Both the position numbers and the translations under genes were made by a program. A stretch of DNA of 56,265 nucleotides from Nanobdellota archaeon (GTDB lineage: Archaea; Nanobdellota; Nanobdellia; Parvarchaeales; Parvarchaeaceae), in NCBI GenBank assembly GCA_021791655.1, contig JAJYWD010000004.1:1-56265 (forward strand). The letters run 5' to 3'. The notes beneath the pieces are model-generated. The model worked only from the letters and a program-made list of their open reading frames with translations, was not told the origin of the DNA and ran no database searches. Positions 37,343-46,578 of this stretch are shown here, in pieces (position 1 is the stretch's first letter; every line of letters starts with the position of its first letter).

Positions 37343-37738
37343 ATGAAGAAGAATTATTCGGTAGTGTCCAAAAGGAAATCAACAGTGGCTACCGGCGTCA
37401 TAAAAGAAGGCAACGGTGCAATATATGTAAACAGCAAGCTGTTGTCGTCCTTTTCCAATAAACTATTCCGACTGATTGCTATGGAATCGTTGGCTATCTC
37501 GGGAGGTCTAGACAAAAAGTATAATATTTACATAAAAGTGAGCGGCGGGGGAGGGATGTCAAGGTCACAAGCAATAAGGGCGGTAATAGCTAAGGCGCTG
37601 TCACACAAAGAGAAGAGCCTAAAGAAGAAGTTCTTAGAATACGACCGAACGCTGTTAGTGGACGACAAAAGGAAGACCGAGCCGCAAAAGCCATACCGCA
37701 GCGCAGCCCGTGCACGTAAACAGACTAGTTATCGTTGA
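37343..37738 (+). CDS. rps9: 30S ribosomal protein S9
   Basis: KRKS.VA, V.GGG, YDRTLLV.D.R..EP.K, ARA..Q.SYR. Confidence 0.96.
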   Translation: MKKNYSVVSKRKSTVATGVIKEGNGAIYVNSKLLSSFSNKLFRLIAMESLAISGGLDKKYNIYIKVSGGGGMSRSQAIRAVIAKALSHKEKSLKKKFLEYDRTLLVDDKRKTEPQKPYRSAARARKQTSYR

Positions 37739-37834
37739 AGAGCCTTTCAATTTATATGTCAGTAAACATGTAATGCGTTTCTCACACAATGCTATAAATC
37801 ATCCCTCCATAAATCCTCTGTATGGCAGGCAGCC

Positions 37835-37850
37835 GCGGATCGCGATCCGC
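37835..37850. repeat. Perfect 16-bp palindrome
   Basis: GCGGATCGCGATCCGC upstream of the gene at 37899. Confidence 0.8.
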
Positions 37851-37898
37851 TCTCAGTAAAAGGAAACGTATTAAACCGAGAGAGTACATAGTGATGGT

Positions 37899-38900
37899 AT
37901 GAAGCCGGGGTCCTCCGTATATATTACAGACAGAAAAATTCTAGCAGACAAAAAATCCCAATCCGCCCTCGAGTACATGATGACCTACGGCTGGGCCATA
38001 CTCATCATAGTCATAGTCGCAGCCGTCCTCTACAGCCTGGGTATATTCAACCCCACCTCCTTCGTAGCCACCGAATCAGTCAGCGGATTCGCAGGATTAG
38101 GCAGCATACAGGCGCAGTGCTCTGCCGGGGGTTTAGAAATGAGCATAGGCAATGCAGTCGGGTCTTTGATAAATATAACGGATGTAAACGTCACCCTGAA
38201 CGGGCAGACGTACATAAACCAGATTTTCCCCGATTATTCCTCGTATCCGAGCGCGTATCTCATCTCCCCCGATCAGGAGAGTTCATTCATACTGAGAAAT
38301 GCATGTCCTAATTCAACCGGAAGGTTTTCAGAGACCGTGACGCTCGCGTATAAAGAGCCGGGCCAAGTATTCCCGGGACCTTATCAATCCACCGGCACCA
38401 TATCCGGCAATTCTGTACGCCAGTACGGAAGCCAGGATCTTATAATCGTTCCAGATTACCTAGGCACTGATAATGGTTCAGGCGGTTGGAGCGACAATCA
38501 GTATGGTTCCTGCCTAGTACAAACGGTAATCCCCGCCTCAAATGGGTTTTTGGGCTCTAAAGTAGAGAGCTTCATTGGACCCGCTTCATGTGGATCTAAC
38601 GGTGGAGGTGGTAATCGTGCATGGGCTATATCTGGAGTACAAACCGCACAATTTGAGAATACTACTCCTCCAACCACCTATCTGATTTCGTTCTATTACC
38701 GTTCTAACGTTTCTATCTGCGTTAACGATCGTGATATGTGTATCAAATCAATACCAGCCAATACAGGCAATGCAGAATATGTCCAGGTTCCTTACACTCC
38801 TACATCAAGTTACCACCCAGGTGGCGATGATTTATTGCTTTATAGTGGCGTCGCCAGTTGGTTCCAGGTCAATCGACTACAAATACTGACCAGTGGATGA
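37899..38900 (+). CDS. Class III signal-peptide pilin-like protein with unrecognised beta-rich C-domain
   Basis: KKS|QSALEYMMTYGWAILII; hinge GQVFPGPYQSTGTISG; Cys-containing C-domain unlike its paralogs. Confidence 0.88.
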   Translation: MKPGSSVYITDRKILADKKSQSALEYMMTYGWAILIIVIVAAVLYSLGIFNPTSFVATESVSGFAGLGSIQAQCSAGGLEMSIGNAVGSLINITDVNVTLNGQTYINQIFPDYSSYPSAYLISPDQESSFILRNACPNSTGRFSETVTLAYKEPGQVFPGPYQSTGTISGNSVRQYGSQDLIIVPDYLGTDNGSGGWSDNQYGSCLVQTVIPASNGFLGSKVESFIGPASCGSNGGGGNRAWAISGVQTAQFENTTPPTTYLISFYYRSNVSICVNDRDMCIKSIPANTGNAEYVQVPYTPTSSYHPGGDDLLLYSGVASWFQVNRLQILTSG

Positions 38901-38992
38901 TAAGCTACCGACGACTTTACGCTAGGCTAGTCAAAGCATGCACATTCTAGTATAAGCATTAAATTTTAAAGTTACAATATAATTAAAGATGC

Positions 38993-39318
38993 ATGATTAT
39001 AGACGGCTTTCTTCTTCTTGCGGTAATGTTGGCGGCCGCTGGTGTCCTTTTTGTGTCTGCTTAGTGATAGAACGGGTTTTAGTGGCCCTAAAAGCAAAGA
39101 CAGAGGGCATGGCGCGGCGCCGGTAGAGAGCGTGAGAGGACGATAATGTCCACAAGGACGTGGGGTTCGAGTATTATTATGCGCTTATTTTCGTTCTCAT
39201 AGAGGCTCTATTCATTCTGCTTTTGCCGTGGGCCCAAAAACCAGAAAGCACTGGGGCTGCCCATCTTTATGTGGGTGGCCACTCGACGGCAATGCAAATG
39301 ACTACGCGGAAACGGTAA
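38993..39318 (+). pseudogene. nuoA: Decayed NADH:quinone oxidoreductase subunit A
   Basis: TM MIIDGFLLLAVMLAAAGVLF; frameshifted PVES; VGFEYYYALIFVLIEALFILLLPWA matches NuoA TM2. Confidence 0.7.
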
Positions 39319-39388
39319 TAACGGCGTTGCATCCAACGTGCAGTGGACGTCCCCTTAAGATTTTTAATCCTGAAGTCTTTACTAACTA

Positions 39389-39844
39389 ATGGCAAAGTCA
39401 CAATCCGCCCTGGAATATCTTGTAACGTACGGCTGGGCGATACTCCTGATAGTGGCAGCGATAGCGATACTTTATGCGCTGGGATTTTTCAATCCGTCAA
39501 GCTCCATCTACAAGACCACGGTGATATCCGGATTTTCCGGCGTAAAAGTAGCCTCCGCATTTGCGAATTCATCCATTTTCCAGTTCGATGTACTGAACGA
39601 GGCGGGTGTTTCGGTTTCTCTGATAAATTCTACTCTTACGATAGACAGGCAGAATTACACGTCAATAACGTGCACGGACATGTACATTTCAAACGGCCAG
39701 AACTCCCCATGCAGCCTGTCCATAGCTCTTGGGAACGGGACGGAGGTGAACGCAGCGCTGTACATTTTTTACCAGGTCCCGATAACGGATAACTCGTTCA
39801 GGACGCTGGAATCCGTTGGAAGGCTGACCGTTCCTGTCTCGTAA
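39389..39844 (+). CDS. Class III signal-peptide pilin-like protein (no appended domain)
   Basis: MAKS|QSALEYLVTYGWAILLIV. Confidence 0.88.
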   Translation: MAKSQSALEYLVTYGWAILLIVAAIAILYALGFFNPSSSIYKTTVISGFSGVKVASAFANSSIFQFDVLNEAGVSVSLINSTLTIDRQNYTSITCTDMYISNGQNSPCSLSIALGNGTEVNAALYIFYQVPITDNSFRTLESVGRLTVPVS

Positions 39845-39857
39845 TCTATACTTATTT

Positions 39858-40973
39858 ATGGTCAGGTCTGCGAAAAGTGTTATGGGGCAATCGATTCCTC
39901 GTGATAAAAAGTCCCAGTCAGCCTTGGAATACATGATGACCTATGGGTGGGCCATCATGATAATAGTCATAGTTGTAGCTGTCCTCTACAGCCTTGGGAT
40001 TTTCAACCCATCTTCGTCAGTCCCTAGCACGACGGTCGTAGGTTTCGGCGGGTTAAACGGCATTACGGGAGAGTGCCTGAGCAACTCCGGCCTGGTAATG
40101 CAGGTTGGCAACATAGAGACTTACAACATAAATATAACGGCCGTCAATTACACCATAAATACCGGCAGTTACAGCATATCTCCCAATAGCAAAACATCGG
40201 AGATAACTCCCGATGGCACTACCTTCCTGATTCTTCCGAGCGCGTGCCCCGCAGCCGGCGACCGCTTCAGCGTTTATGTGTCTATAACTTACATTGCCAT
40301 CGGCGAACCGCTGGCGACGCCAACCACGACTTCGGGCACCATAAGCGGCACGGCTATAAGTCAAAAATACGTCGGGAGTTTTGACGGGTCGACTTCTTAC
40401 ATACAAATAAACAATATCAATCTCGGAAACACAATAACAGTAAGCTTTTGGGCGAAGGGTTCGAATTATGACGGTAGAATACCGTTCTCTGTCGACAGCA
40501 ACTTATACGGGACTTTGGGACCGGATGTATATTTTGCATGCGGCATGATAAACTGGAATAAAGGAAATGGCTGTGTTAACAATTTCTCAAGCAGTTCTTA
40601 TCCCAATTCAAACTGGCATAACTTTGTTGTAGTAGACTCGTATTCTGGGAGTTCTGCTAAGTTATACGTTGATGGTAAGTATGTCGGGTCTGCCGCTTCT
40701 TACTTAGACCCAACTTCGACCAATCGCTTTATAAGAATAGGTGCATACGCTGCCGGCGGTTATTATTTTCCGGGTGACATGGCGGGAGTAACCGTTTACT
40801 CTGTCGCATTGTCAAGTTCGCAGATTTCTACTGTATATAGCGGAGGGTTCGGCGGAGCACCGGTGTTGGATGCGGGTCTCGTGGGTTGGTGGCCGTTGAA
40901 TGATAACGCTCTTGATTACAGCGGGATCGGTAACACGGGCGTGGCCACGGACGTAAGCTGGGTCGCCACGTAA
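39858..40973 (+). CDS. Class III signal-peptide pilin-like protein with LamG domain
   Basis: KKS|QSALEYMMTYGWA; FDGSTSYI, TVSFW, WHNFV, KLYVDG, LVGWWPLN at the C-terminus. Confidence 0.9.
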   Translation: MVRSAKSVMGQSIPRDKKSQSALEYMMTYGWAIMIIVIVVAVLYSLGIFNPSSSVPSTTVVGFGGLNGITGECLSNSGLVMQVGNIETYNINITAVNYTINTGSYSISPNSKTSEITPDGTTFLILPSACPAAGDRFSVYVSITYIAIGEPLATPTTTSGTISGTAISQKYVGSFDGSTSYIQINNINLGNTITVSFWAKGSNYDGRIPFSVDSNLYGTLGPDVYFACGMINWNKGNGCVNNFSSSSYPNSNWHNFVVVDSYSGSSAKLYVDGKYVGSAASYLDPTSTNRFIRIGAYAAGGYYFPGDMAGVTVYSVALSSSQISTVYSGGFGGAPVLDAGLVGWWPLNDNALDYSGIGNTGVATDVSWVAT

Positions 40974-41132
40974 ATAAATATCTAGACCCGTATTAGGCGC
41001 CACTTACCCAGCGAAATATCATAACTGGTTTATTAAAAATTTTCACCTGCGCTTCAAGTAGCGAAAAATACTAAATTCCAAAGTAAAGATTTAAATAAGC
41101 CGATTATTCATAGAACCTTTATCGATGTTTTT

Positions 41133-43331
41133 ATGGGACAAGAACTTGCCGGCGGTAGGATCACCCTTGACCAATTTCTGGAGAACGATGAGTGGTGGGA
41201 GCACAACTTCAAGGACACGTCCCAATTGCCCCTTGCATTCCTGCGTAGCCAGTCAGATCGGGCTGCAGACGTACTATTCGAATATGACCCTTACAATAAG
41301 GTGGTGGGGCACGAAAAAGAGAAGGCGGCATCTAGAGCGGCGATTAACGGCGTAATAAAAACATACCAATACATAAGAAAGCGCTGGAAGGAACTGAGCG
41401 ATGCCGGCTTTAAGGAGAACGATCCTCCGGGAAATTGTATAATAGACATCATTCGCGAAGAGGTGCCGCCCATGCCGATGTTCATAAGGATAGGCGATTA
41501 CGGCAGCAGTAAGTCCCTGCAGCAAAAGTGCGAGGAAGAGTTTCTTTTTTCTGAGAGGAAAAAATACGGATTGACTGGATATGACTATATAACGAGGCCG
41601 GACAAGGAGTCCCCGTTAAAGTTCGTGCTTGAACAGAAATCTGCCCCTCTCGGTCAGGAGGAAGTCGCTAAACATTTCGAAAAGAAAGCTAGGCGCTCTG
41701 CTATAAAGAAAGGACTGAAGCTTGCTACCATACTCGGTGCGGCCGGAGCGATGACAGCAGCGTTCGTAGATTTCATAGTTCAGTGGTGGAGCATAGCGCA
41801 GTTTTTCGGTTATGACGCCCTGGAATGGGTGGTGGGTAACCTGATGGGCGAATTACCGTACGTTGAGAGCACGGTAGTGATAGCCGGCATTCCTGCCGGT
41901 TTGGCGCTTGCTAACAGTTTCCTGCACAAGAACGAAAGCAAGGACCCGAGCTTATTGTCTACCGGTAACGAGATGACCACGCCGTACGTCGGTCACGAGA
42001 CGGTCGGCAACCTGAGGGGGGAATACATGTACAATCTAGACGTCTCGCCACAGTTCAAGTTGAAGTTGGGCGATATACTAAAAGCTAATGAAAAGATCTT
42101 CGTGATAGAAAACTTGCACTCTCTTCCTGGCGACGTGCAAAAGAATCTCTCTCAGATAATAGAAGAGAAAACTCTGGACGTGGCCGATTTGCCGAGGGAG
42201 TACAGAAAATTCGTATACACGCTAATATCAGCCAGCATAAACACGGAGAAGTTGCCCCTGATAATAGAATCACTGCAGAACAGGATAAATTACGCGGACA
42301 TCCAGCACGTTATGAACGACATAACTAGGGACGAAGAAGTGGTTTATGAACTGCCGGATACCAAGACATCTATAGCGATAGATACTGGCGGAGGGACCAA
42401 GAGAAACCTCAAGAATGAGAGGCATCTGGCGTTGCTGTTGGCCGATATAGTTGATCGCGTCGGTGGAAGACCGTGGAGCAAGGACGCATATGGGGAATTC
42501 GTTGATTACTGTTCAAGGCTTGCCGATAGCTCTAATGAGTTGCACATAAGCAGGCGCGTAATACGACTGCCAAAGAAAGCTGAAGAGTTTGCGGAGATGG
42601 AGCACAGCCCTTACGTTAAGCCGCAACACGTACTAATGGCGGAGAAGGAATCCAAATCGATTACTCAGTTGGTAATGAGCAAGAAGCTACAGGATTATAC
42701 TATCGAACAGAACGTCTCTCTTAGTGGCGATGCAAAGATCGGTAGGGTCAACGTGCTTTTGAGTTATCACGACGATTTGCTTAAGGGTATGGAGCAGGGC
42801 ACGCCTAAAGAAATCTATGACTACATACAGACGGAAGACTATGTGGGATATGTGGTGCCAATAAATGCATTAGCAAAGCGTGTCAGAGGAAAAGGATCCA
42901 AGCTTGAGATAATAACTAAAGACAAGACGATTGACAGAGAGAACCTTAAGAACTCTCTAAGAGCCTTATTCCTGAGAGAGAATGTCGATCTTGACAAATA
43001 CCAGATATTCGTTTCTGTCCCCTCACTGAAAGACGACGAAGCGATTCTTGGCGGCGCTTACTCCGCGGTTCGTTCCGCCGTAAGTGGCAAGCCGATCAGG
43101 CAGGACGTTTGTCTGGCCGTAAAGCTTTCAGAGACCGGCGATATAACGTCTTTGCCGAGACTGAACTCTCGACTGTTTTATTTGTCGGGAGCGCCGAAAG
43201 TGATAGTATCAACTCACGATATGAAAAGCAAGGTTGAAGATCCAAGCGGGAGATCTTTGTACAAAGACATAAGTTTCAAACCTACCCAGTCACTCAAGGA
43301 ACTTAACGAATACATTGAGGGAACCATATGA
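41133..43331 (+). CDS. Divergent membrane LonB-like protein with degenerate catalytic motifs
   Basis: VVGHEKEK, GDYGSSKS, TM insert, GDILKANEKIFVIENL, IGRVN, SAVSGKPIRQDV. Confidence 0.8.
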   Translation: MGQELAGGRITLDQFLENDEWWEHNFKDTSQLPLAFLRSQSDRAADVLFEYDPYNKVVGHEKEKAASRAAINGVIKTYQYIRKRWKELSDAGFKENDPPGNCIIDIIREEVPPMPMFIRIGDYGSSKSLQQKCEEEFLFSERKKYGLTGYDYITRPDKESPLKFVLEQKSAPLGQEEVAKHFEKKARRSAIKKGLKLATILGAAGAMTAAFVDFIVQWWSIAQFFGYDALEWVVGNLMGELPYVESTVVIAGIPAGLALANSFLHKNESKDPSLLSTGNEMTTPYVGHETVGNLRGEYMYNLDVSPQFKLKLGDILKANEKIFVIENLHSLPGDVQKNLSQIIEEKTLDVADLPREYRKFVYTLISASINTEKLPLIIESLQNRINYADIQHVMNDITRDEEVVYELPDTKTSIAIDTGGGTKRNLKNERHLALLLADIVDRVGGRPWSKDAYGEFVDYCSRLADSSNELHISRRVIRLPKKAEEFAEMEHSPYVKPQHVLMAEKESKSITQLVMSKKLQDYTIEQNVSLSGDAKIGRVNVLLSYHDDLLKGMEQGTPKEIYDYIQTEDYVGYVVPINALAKRVRGKGSKLEIITKDKTIDRENLKNSLRALFLRENVDLDKYQIFVSVPSLKDDEAILGGAYSAVRSAVSGKPIRQDVCLAVKLSETGDITSLPRLNSRLFYLSGAPKVIVSTHDMKSKVEDPSGRSLYKDISFKPTQSLKELNEYIEGTI

Positions 43332-45238
43332 CAGACGACCAGAATCAGTCTGACGCCGAAACGGCTTACAAAAGCGCGGGAAAGGGTTTAGACCTGGGCG
43401 GTCTGCTATACCTTGAGTTGGACTCTAAACGACTAAGTCGCGCCCTTCGCTCTATTTATAGGGACGGGGAGAGACTTGGGAATCTGGCGGGATTTGCAGT
43501 AAACGCACCCTTGCCCGGCGCCGCATCAATAATAAATCACGCGTTGCCGGAGAAAATCATCGGCGGCAGCAGCTGGGTGTGGAATTCATCAATATTCAAC
43601 AACAGCGGTCTGGAAGCCGAATTGCACGAATATTCCCACGCACTCACGAATAACATACTTTTTGATCCCACCCTCCATCAGAATGTCCAGGTGTACGTAA
43701 ATAATGTACTTAGTAATACCACTGTCCCGATAGGCAGCGTGCCTTATTCTCAGCTAGGTCTACCCCCGGCAGTCTGGAGCGTGACTAACAGCATGTGGGA
43801 AAATTTCGCGAGCGAATTTCACAGCTCTGGATTATTCAAGGCGTTGTTGGACCTTCTAGATGGTAAAGACACGCAGGTCCTTCCAGGTTCTACCAATGCG
43901 ATAGGCGAGTTCCAGTTCTTCAGCCCAGATAAGCTTGTGTGCAACGGCATGATTGTACCGGTACAACAGGGCCAGCAAATAGTGCCACAACCGATAATAG
44001 ACCCAAGCTCTTGCGTGCTTCATACGCAGACCCACGCGCTCGGCTCCGTACTTGGGGAATTCAATGACAATATGCTGGTCTTCGCAGGCGGGACCATGGG
44101 AGAAATGATATTCCTTGGCCTTACTCCCTATCTTATCGGTAGGATGGTGAAAAAGAAGTCGCCTTTCGCCGGAGGCTTCGCACAGATGTTCTCGTTCGGA
44201 TCTTACATGAACGCGGTTTTCTATCCTGTCAACAGTGCTATAGACTGGACCAGAGGAAATACTTCGTACGGTGGCGACTGGCAGGCGATAATGCAGTATA
44301 CTGGTGTAAACCCGTGGCTGCTTGCGGGCACTGTTGCCGCAATTTATCCGACTGCGGTATTGGGATTATACCTCAGGGATAAGCGCAACAGGGAAGCGGA
44401 AGCCAGGAAGGGGGCGCTGGAACGACTGCTGTCTACTGATATGGTGGCAGTAGAAAAAGTGGACAAGCTCATAGCCAATTATGGCTCAGAAATACCGCGA
44501 AAAGCAATAAATCTCCCGAAAATAGGCAGACTAGAAATGAGCGAGCTACCTTTGGTAGACAAAGTGCTCAAGTTGCGTAGTAGCAAGAAAAAAGACAGCT
44601 TGTCGCGTTACAAAATATCCGGATACGGCAGCCTCGAGGAGAGCAAGTCTGCCCTGATGGAACAACTGGAAGCCGCCGAGACCGTAGTGCAGAAGATAAA
44701 GATAAAGAGAGAAATCAGAAAACTCAAGAAGGTAAGAAAGTCAGTACTTGACCACGTTTTAATGGATGAAGACTTGGGCGCAGCAGCTGACAGAGAGGCT
44801 AAAGTCTATGGCGTGTTATCAGACGGATACTTGGATTTCAAATACGACCCGGATGGATTCTCTAGAAATTTGGAGGACAAGCTAAATGCCCAAAAAGTCA
44901 ACATGCTGTCAAAACTTGTTTCGTACGTTACAAAAGGCAGGATCGGCGCGGAAAGAGAGCAGCCAGAACCGTTCACAGTGGATCAGGAAGGTTTGAGAGA
45001 TAGACTATCTGAATATTACGAAAATCCAAATCAACCGGGCCTTTCCGTGATTTATGGTGGGGGCGCAAAGAGGGCTCTTGCCGGCCCGGAACTAGACAGG
45101 CCAGAAAAGCTGCGCAGACTTAGCACTCTTCAGAGCCTGCTTTTGTGCGTTACTGACAATGCCGAGGCCGCTTCGCTGAAAAAAGAAGTAAATTCCTTAA
45201 GAAAGGATTTGGGCTTAGAAAACATATCCTTGTCTTAG
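43328..45238 (+). CDS. Membrane protein with HExxH motif (M50-like metalloprotease) and charged C-terminal domain
   Basis: LHEYSHAL, VFAGG..GE, GGDW, several TMs; ATGA overlap with the upstream gene. Confidence 0.6.
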   Translation: MTDDQNQSDAETAYKSAGKGLDLGGLLYLELDSKRLSRALRSIYRDGERLGNLAGFAVNAPLPGAASIINHALPEKIIGGSSWVWNSSIFNNSGLEAELHEYSHALTNNILFDPTLHQNVQVYVNNVLSNTTVPIGSVPYSQLGLPPAVWSVTNSMWENFASEFHSSGLFKALLDLLDGKDTQVLPGSTNAIGEFQFFSPDKLVCNGMIVPVQQGQQIVPQPIIDPSSCVLHTQTHALGSVLGEFNDNMLVFAGGTMGEMIFLGLTPYLIGRMVKKKSPFAGGFAQMFSFGSYMNAVFYPVNSAIDWTRGNTSYGGDWQAIMQYTGVNPWLLAGTVAAIYPTAVLGLYLRDKRNREAEARKGALERLLSTDMVAVEKVDKLIANYGSEIPRKAINLPKIGRLEMSELPLVDKVLKLRSSKKKDSLSRYKISGYGSLEESKSALMEQLEAAETVVQKIKIKREIRKLKKVRKSVLDHVLMDEDLGAAADREAKVYGVLSDGYLDFKYDPDGFSRNLEDKLNAQKVNMLSKLVSYVTKGRIGAEREQPEPFTVDQEGLRDRLSEYYENPNQPGLSVIYGGGAKRALAGPELDRPEKLRRLSTLQSLLLCVTDNAEAASLKKEVNSLRKDLGLENISLS

Positions 45239-45274
45239 ATTACAGGCGCAATTCCGTTTCTCTCAGAAAGAAAA

Positions 45275-45346
45275 TGGACCCGGAGGGATTTGCACCCTCA
45301 CCGTCACGAGCTTCAGTCGTGTGCCCTCCTGTTGGGCGACGGGTCC
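45275..45346 (-). tRNA. tRNA-Phe (GAA)
   Basis: GGACCCG/CGGGTCC, CACGA-CT-GAA-GC-TCGTG, T loop TGCAAAT. Confidence 0.9.
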
Positions 45347-45387
45347 GCAGATTAATCTATAACTATCAAGCCATTTATTAATATTCC

Positions 45388-46428
45388 TTACTTAGTCGCC
45401 AGAACTATCCTGCAGAACTGGTTGTTTATGGACGAACAGTCGCTCTCTGTAAATGTAAGGTAAACGTTCAGGAGCCTGAACGATATGCCGCTCAGCAAGC
45501 CCAAGAGCAGCGAACATCTTTTTTCCTCCAAATCATCAGCATAAAGAGCATTAAAACTGTCATAAATGTCCAGCTCTTTTAGTGTCCCGTCCTCGTTTTT
45601 GGTAGAATTTATTTTCCCTGCTCCTATCATAGGTGACAGTGCCTCGAAATCGGATAGGCCGTATTTTTCATTCAGCGCGTTCATGTCGTACATGGCGTAG
45701 TGCTTTGCTATCTGGAACCCCGTCTCCCTCTCTATCCCGTAAACGCCCGGCCCTATCAGCCGTCTAAGCTTGCTGAAAAGATATGGAAACAGAACAGCCG
45801 GTATTATCTCGGAGTCCAGTCCATTTAGTTTCACTATGCTGCCTATCCTTGTCAGCTCTATGTTTTCCGTATTTTCTTGCTTGGTGTATGCGCTCTCCGA
45901 CTCGATGTATGTGAACTGTTGCTTTTCCTCCAGTATCTTTACCGAGAACTGATCAATGTCAGAATTGCCTACGCTCTTGCACCTCACTTCGTCCGCCTTC
46001 GCGTCCCTTTTGTACGCCATCCTATACATCGCTTCCAGAAGGCCGTCTGCCTGAAAGCAGGAATTTACCGATTTAAGTTCGTTCAGGCCGGAATTGAATC
46101 CATTTTCAAGGTTGACTAACTGCGATGCTGTGTCTTTCGATACTATTCGGATCCTTCCAAGGCCCATATCGTTTATAAGGTATGATATCTCCTCGAATAC
46201 TCTGTCCTCGCCGCCCTGCCTTAGGCTCTTGTTTTTCTTCAAATCGCTGAAAAAAGAGTAAAACGCCGTCGCTATTGCCTCCTCAAGTATGGTTTTCGTG
46301 GCGAGACCGAGTATCTTGCTTATACTGTTTTGTATGATTTCCAGGCTGCCCCTTTTCAATATCAGCACGCGCAGACCGTTCAAAAGGTAAATACCCTGCG
46401 TGTTGTCATATGACAAGCGTGTGTCCAT
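45388..46428 (-). CDS. Tandem V4R-domain protein
   Basis: Two repeats with G.G.I, C....GLL and E..C (MGLGRI..SCF.ADGLL..EVRC; GAGKI..RC.LL.GLL..ESDC..C). Confidence 0.78.
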   Translation of the reverse strand: MDTRLSYDNTQGIYLLNGLRVLILKRGSLEIIQNSISKILGLATKTILEEAIATAFYSFFSDLKKNKSLRQGGEDRVFEEISYLINDMGLGRIRIVSKDTASQLVNLENGFNSGLNELKSVNSCFQADGLLEAMYRMAYKRDAKADEVRCKSVGNSDIDQFSVKILEEKQQFTYIESESAYTKQENTENIELTRIGSIVKLNGLDSEIIPAVLFPYLFSKLRRLIGPGVYGIERETGFQIAKHYAMYDMNALNEKYGLSDFEALSPMIGAGKINSTKNEDGTLKELDIYDSFNALYADDLEEKRCSLLLGLLSGISFRLLNVYLTFTESDCSSINNQFCRIVLATK

Positions 46429-46578
46429 CTATTAGGATTCAAGTGCAGATTTATTAATCTTCTTGGCTAGCGTCCTTCCATGGCGCTCAAGATGTTGTTA
46501 ATATCCGCAGTTTATTGTAGTTTACTTTTAAATATGAGGGATGCTAAAATTAGGTAAAGCCCGTGGAGAATAATTTGT

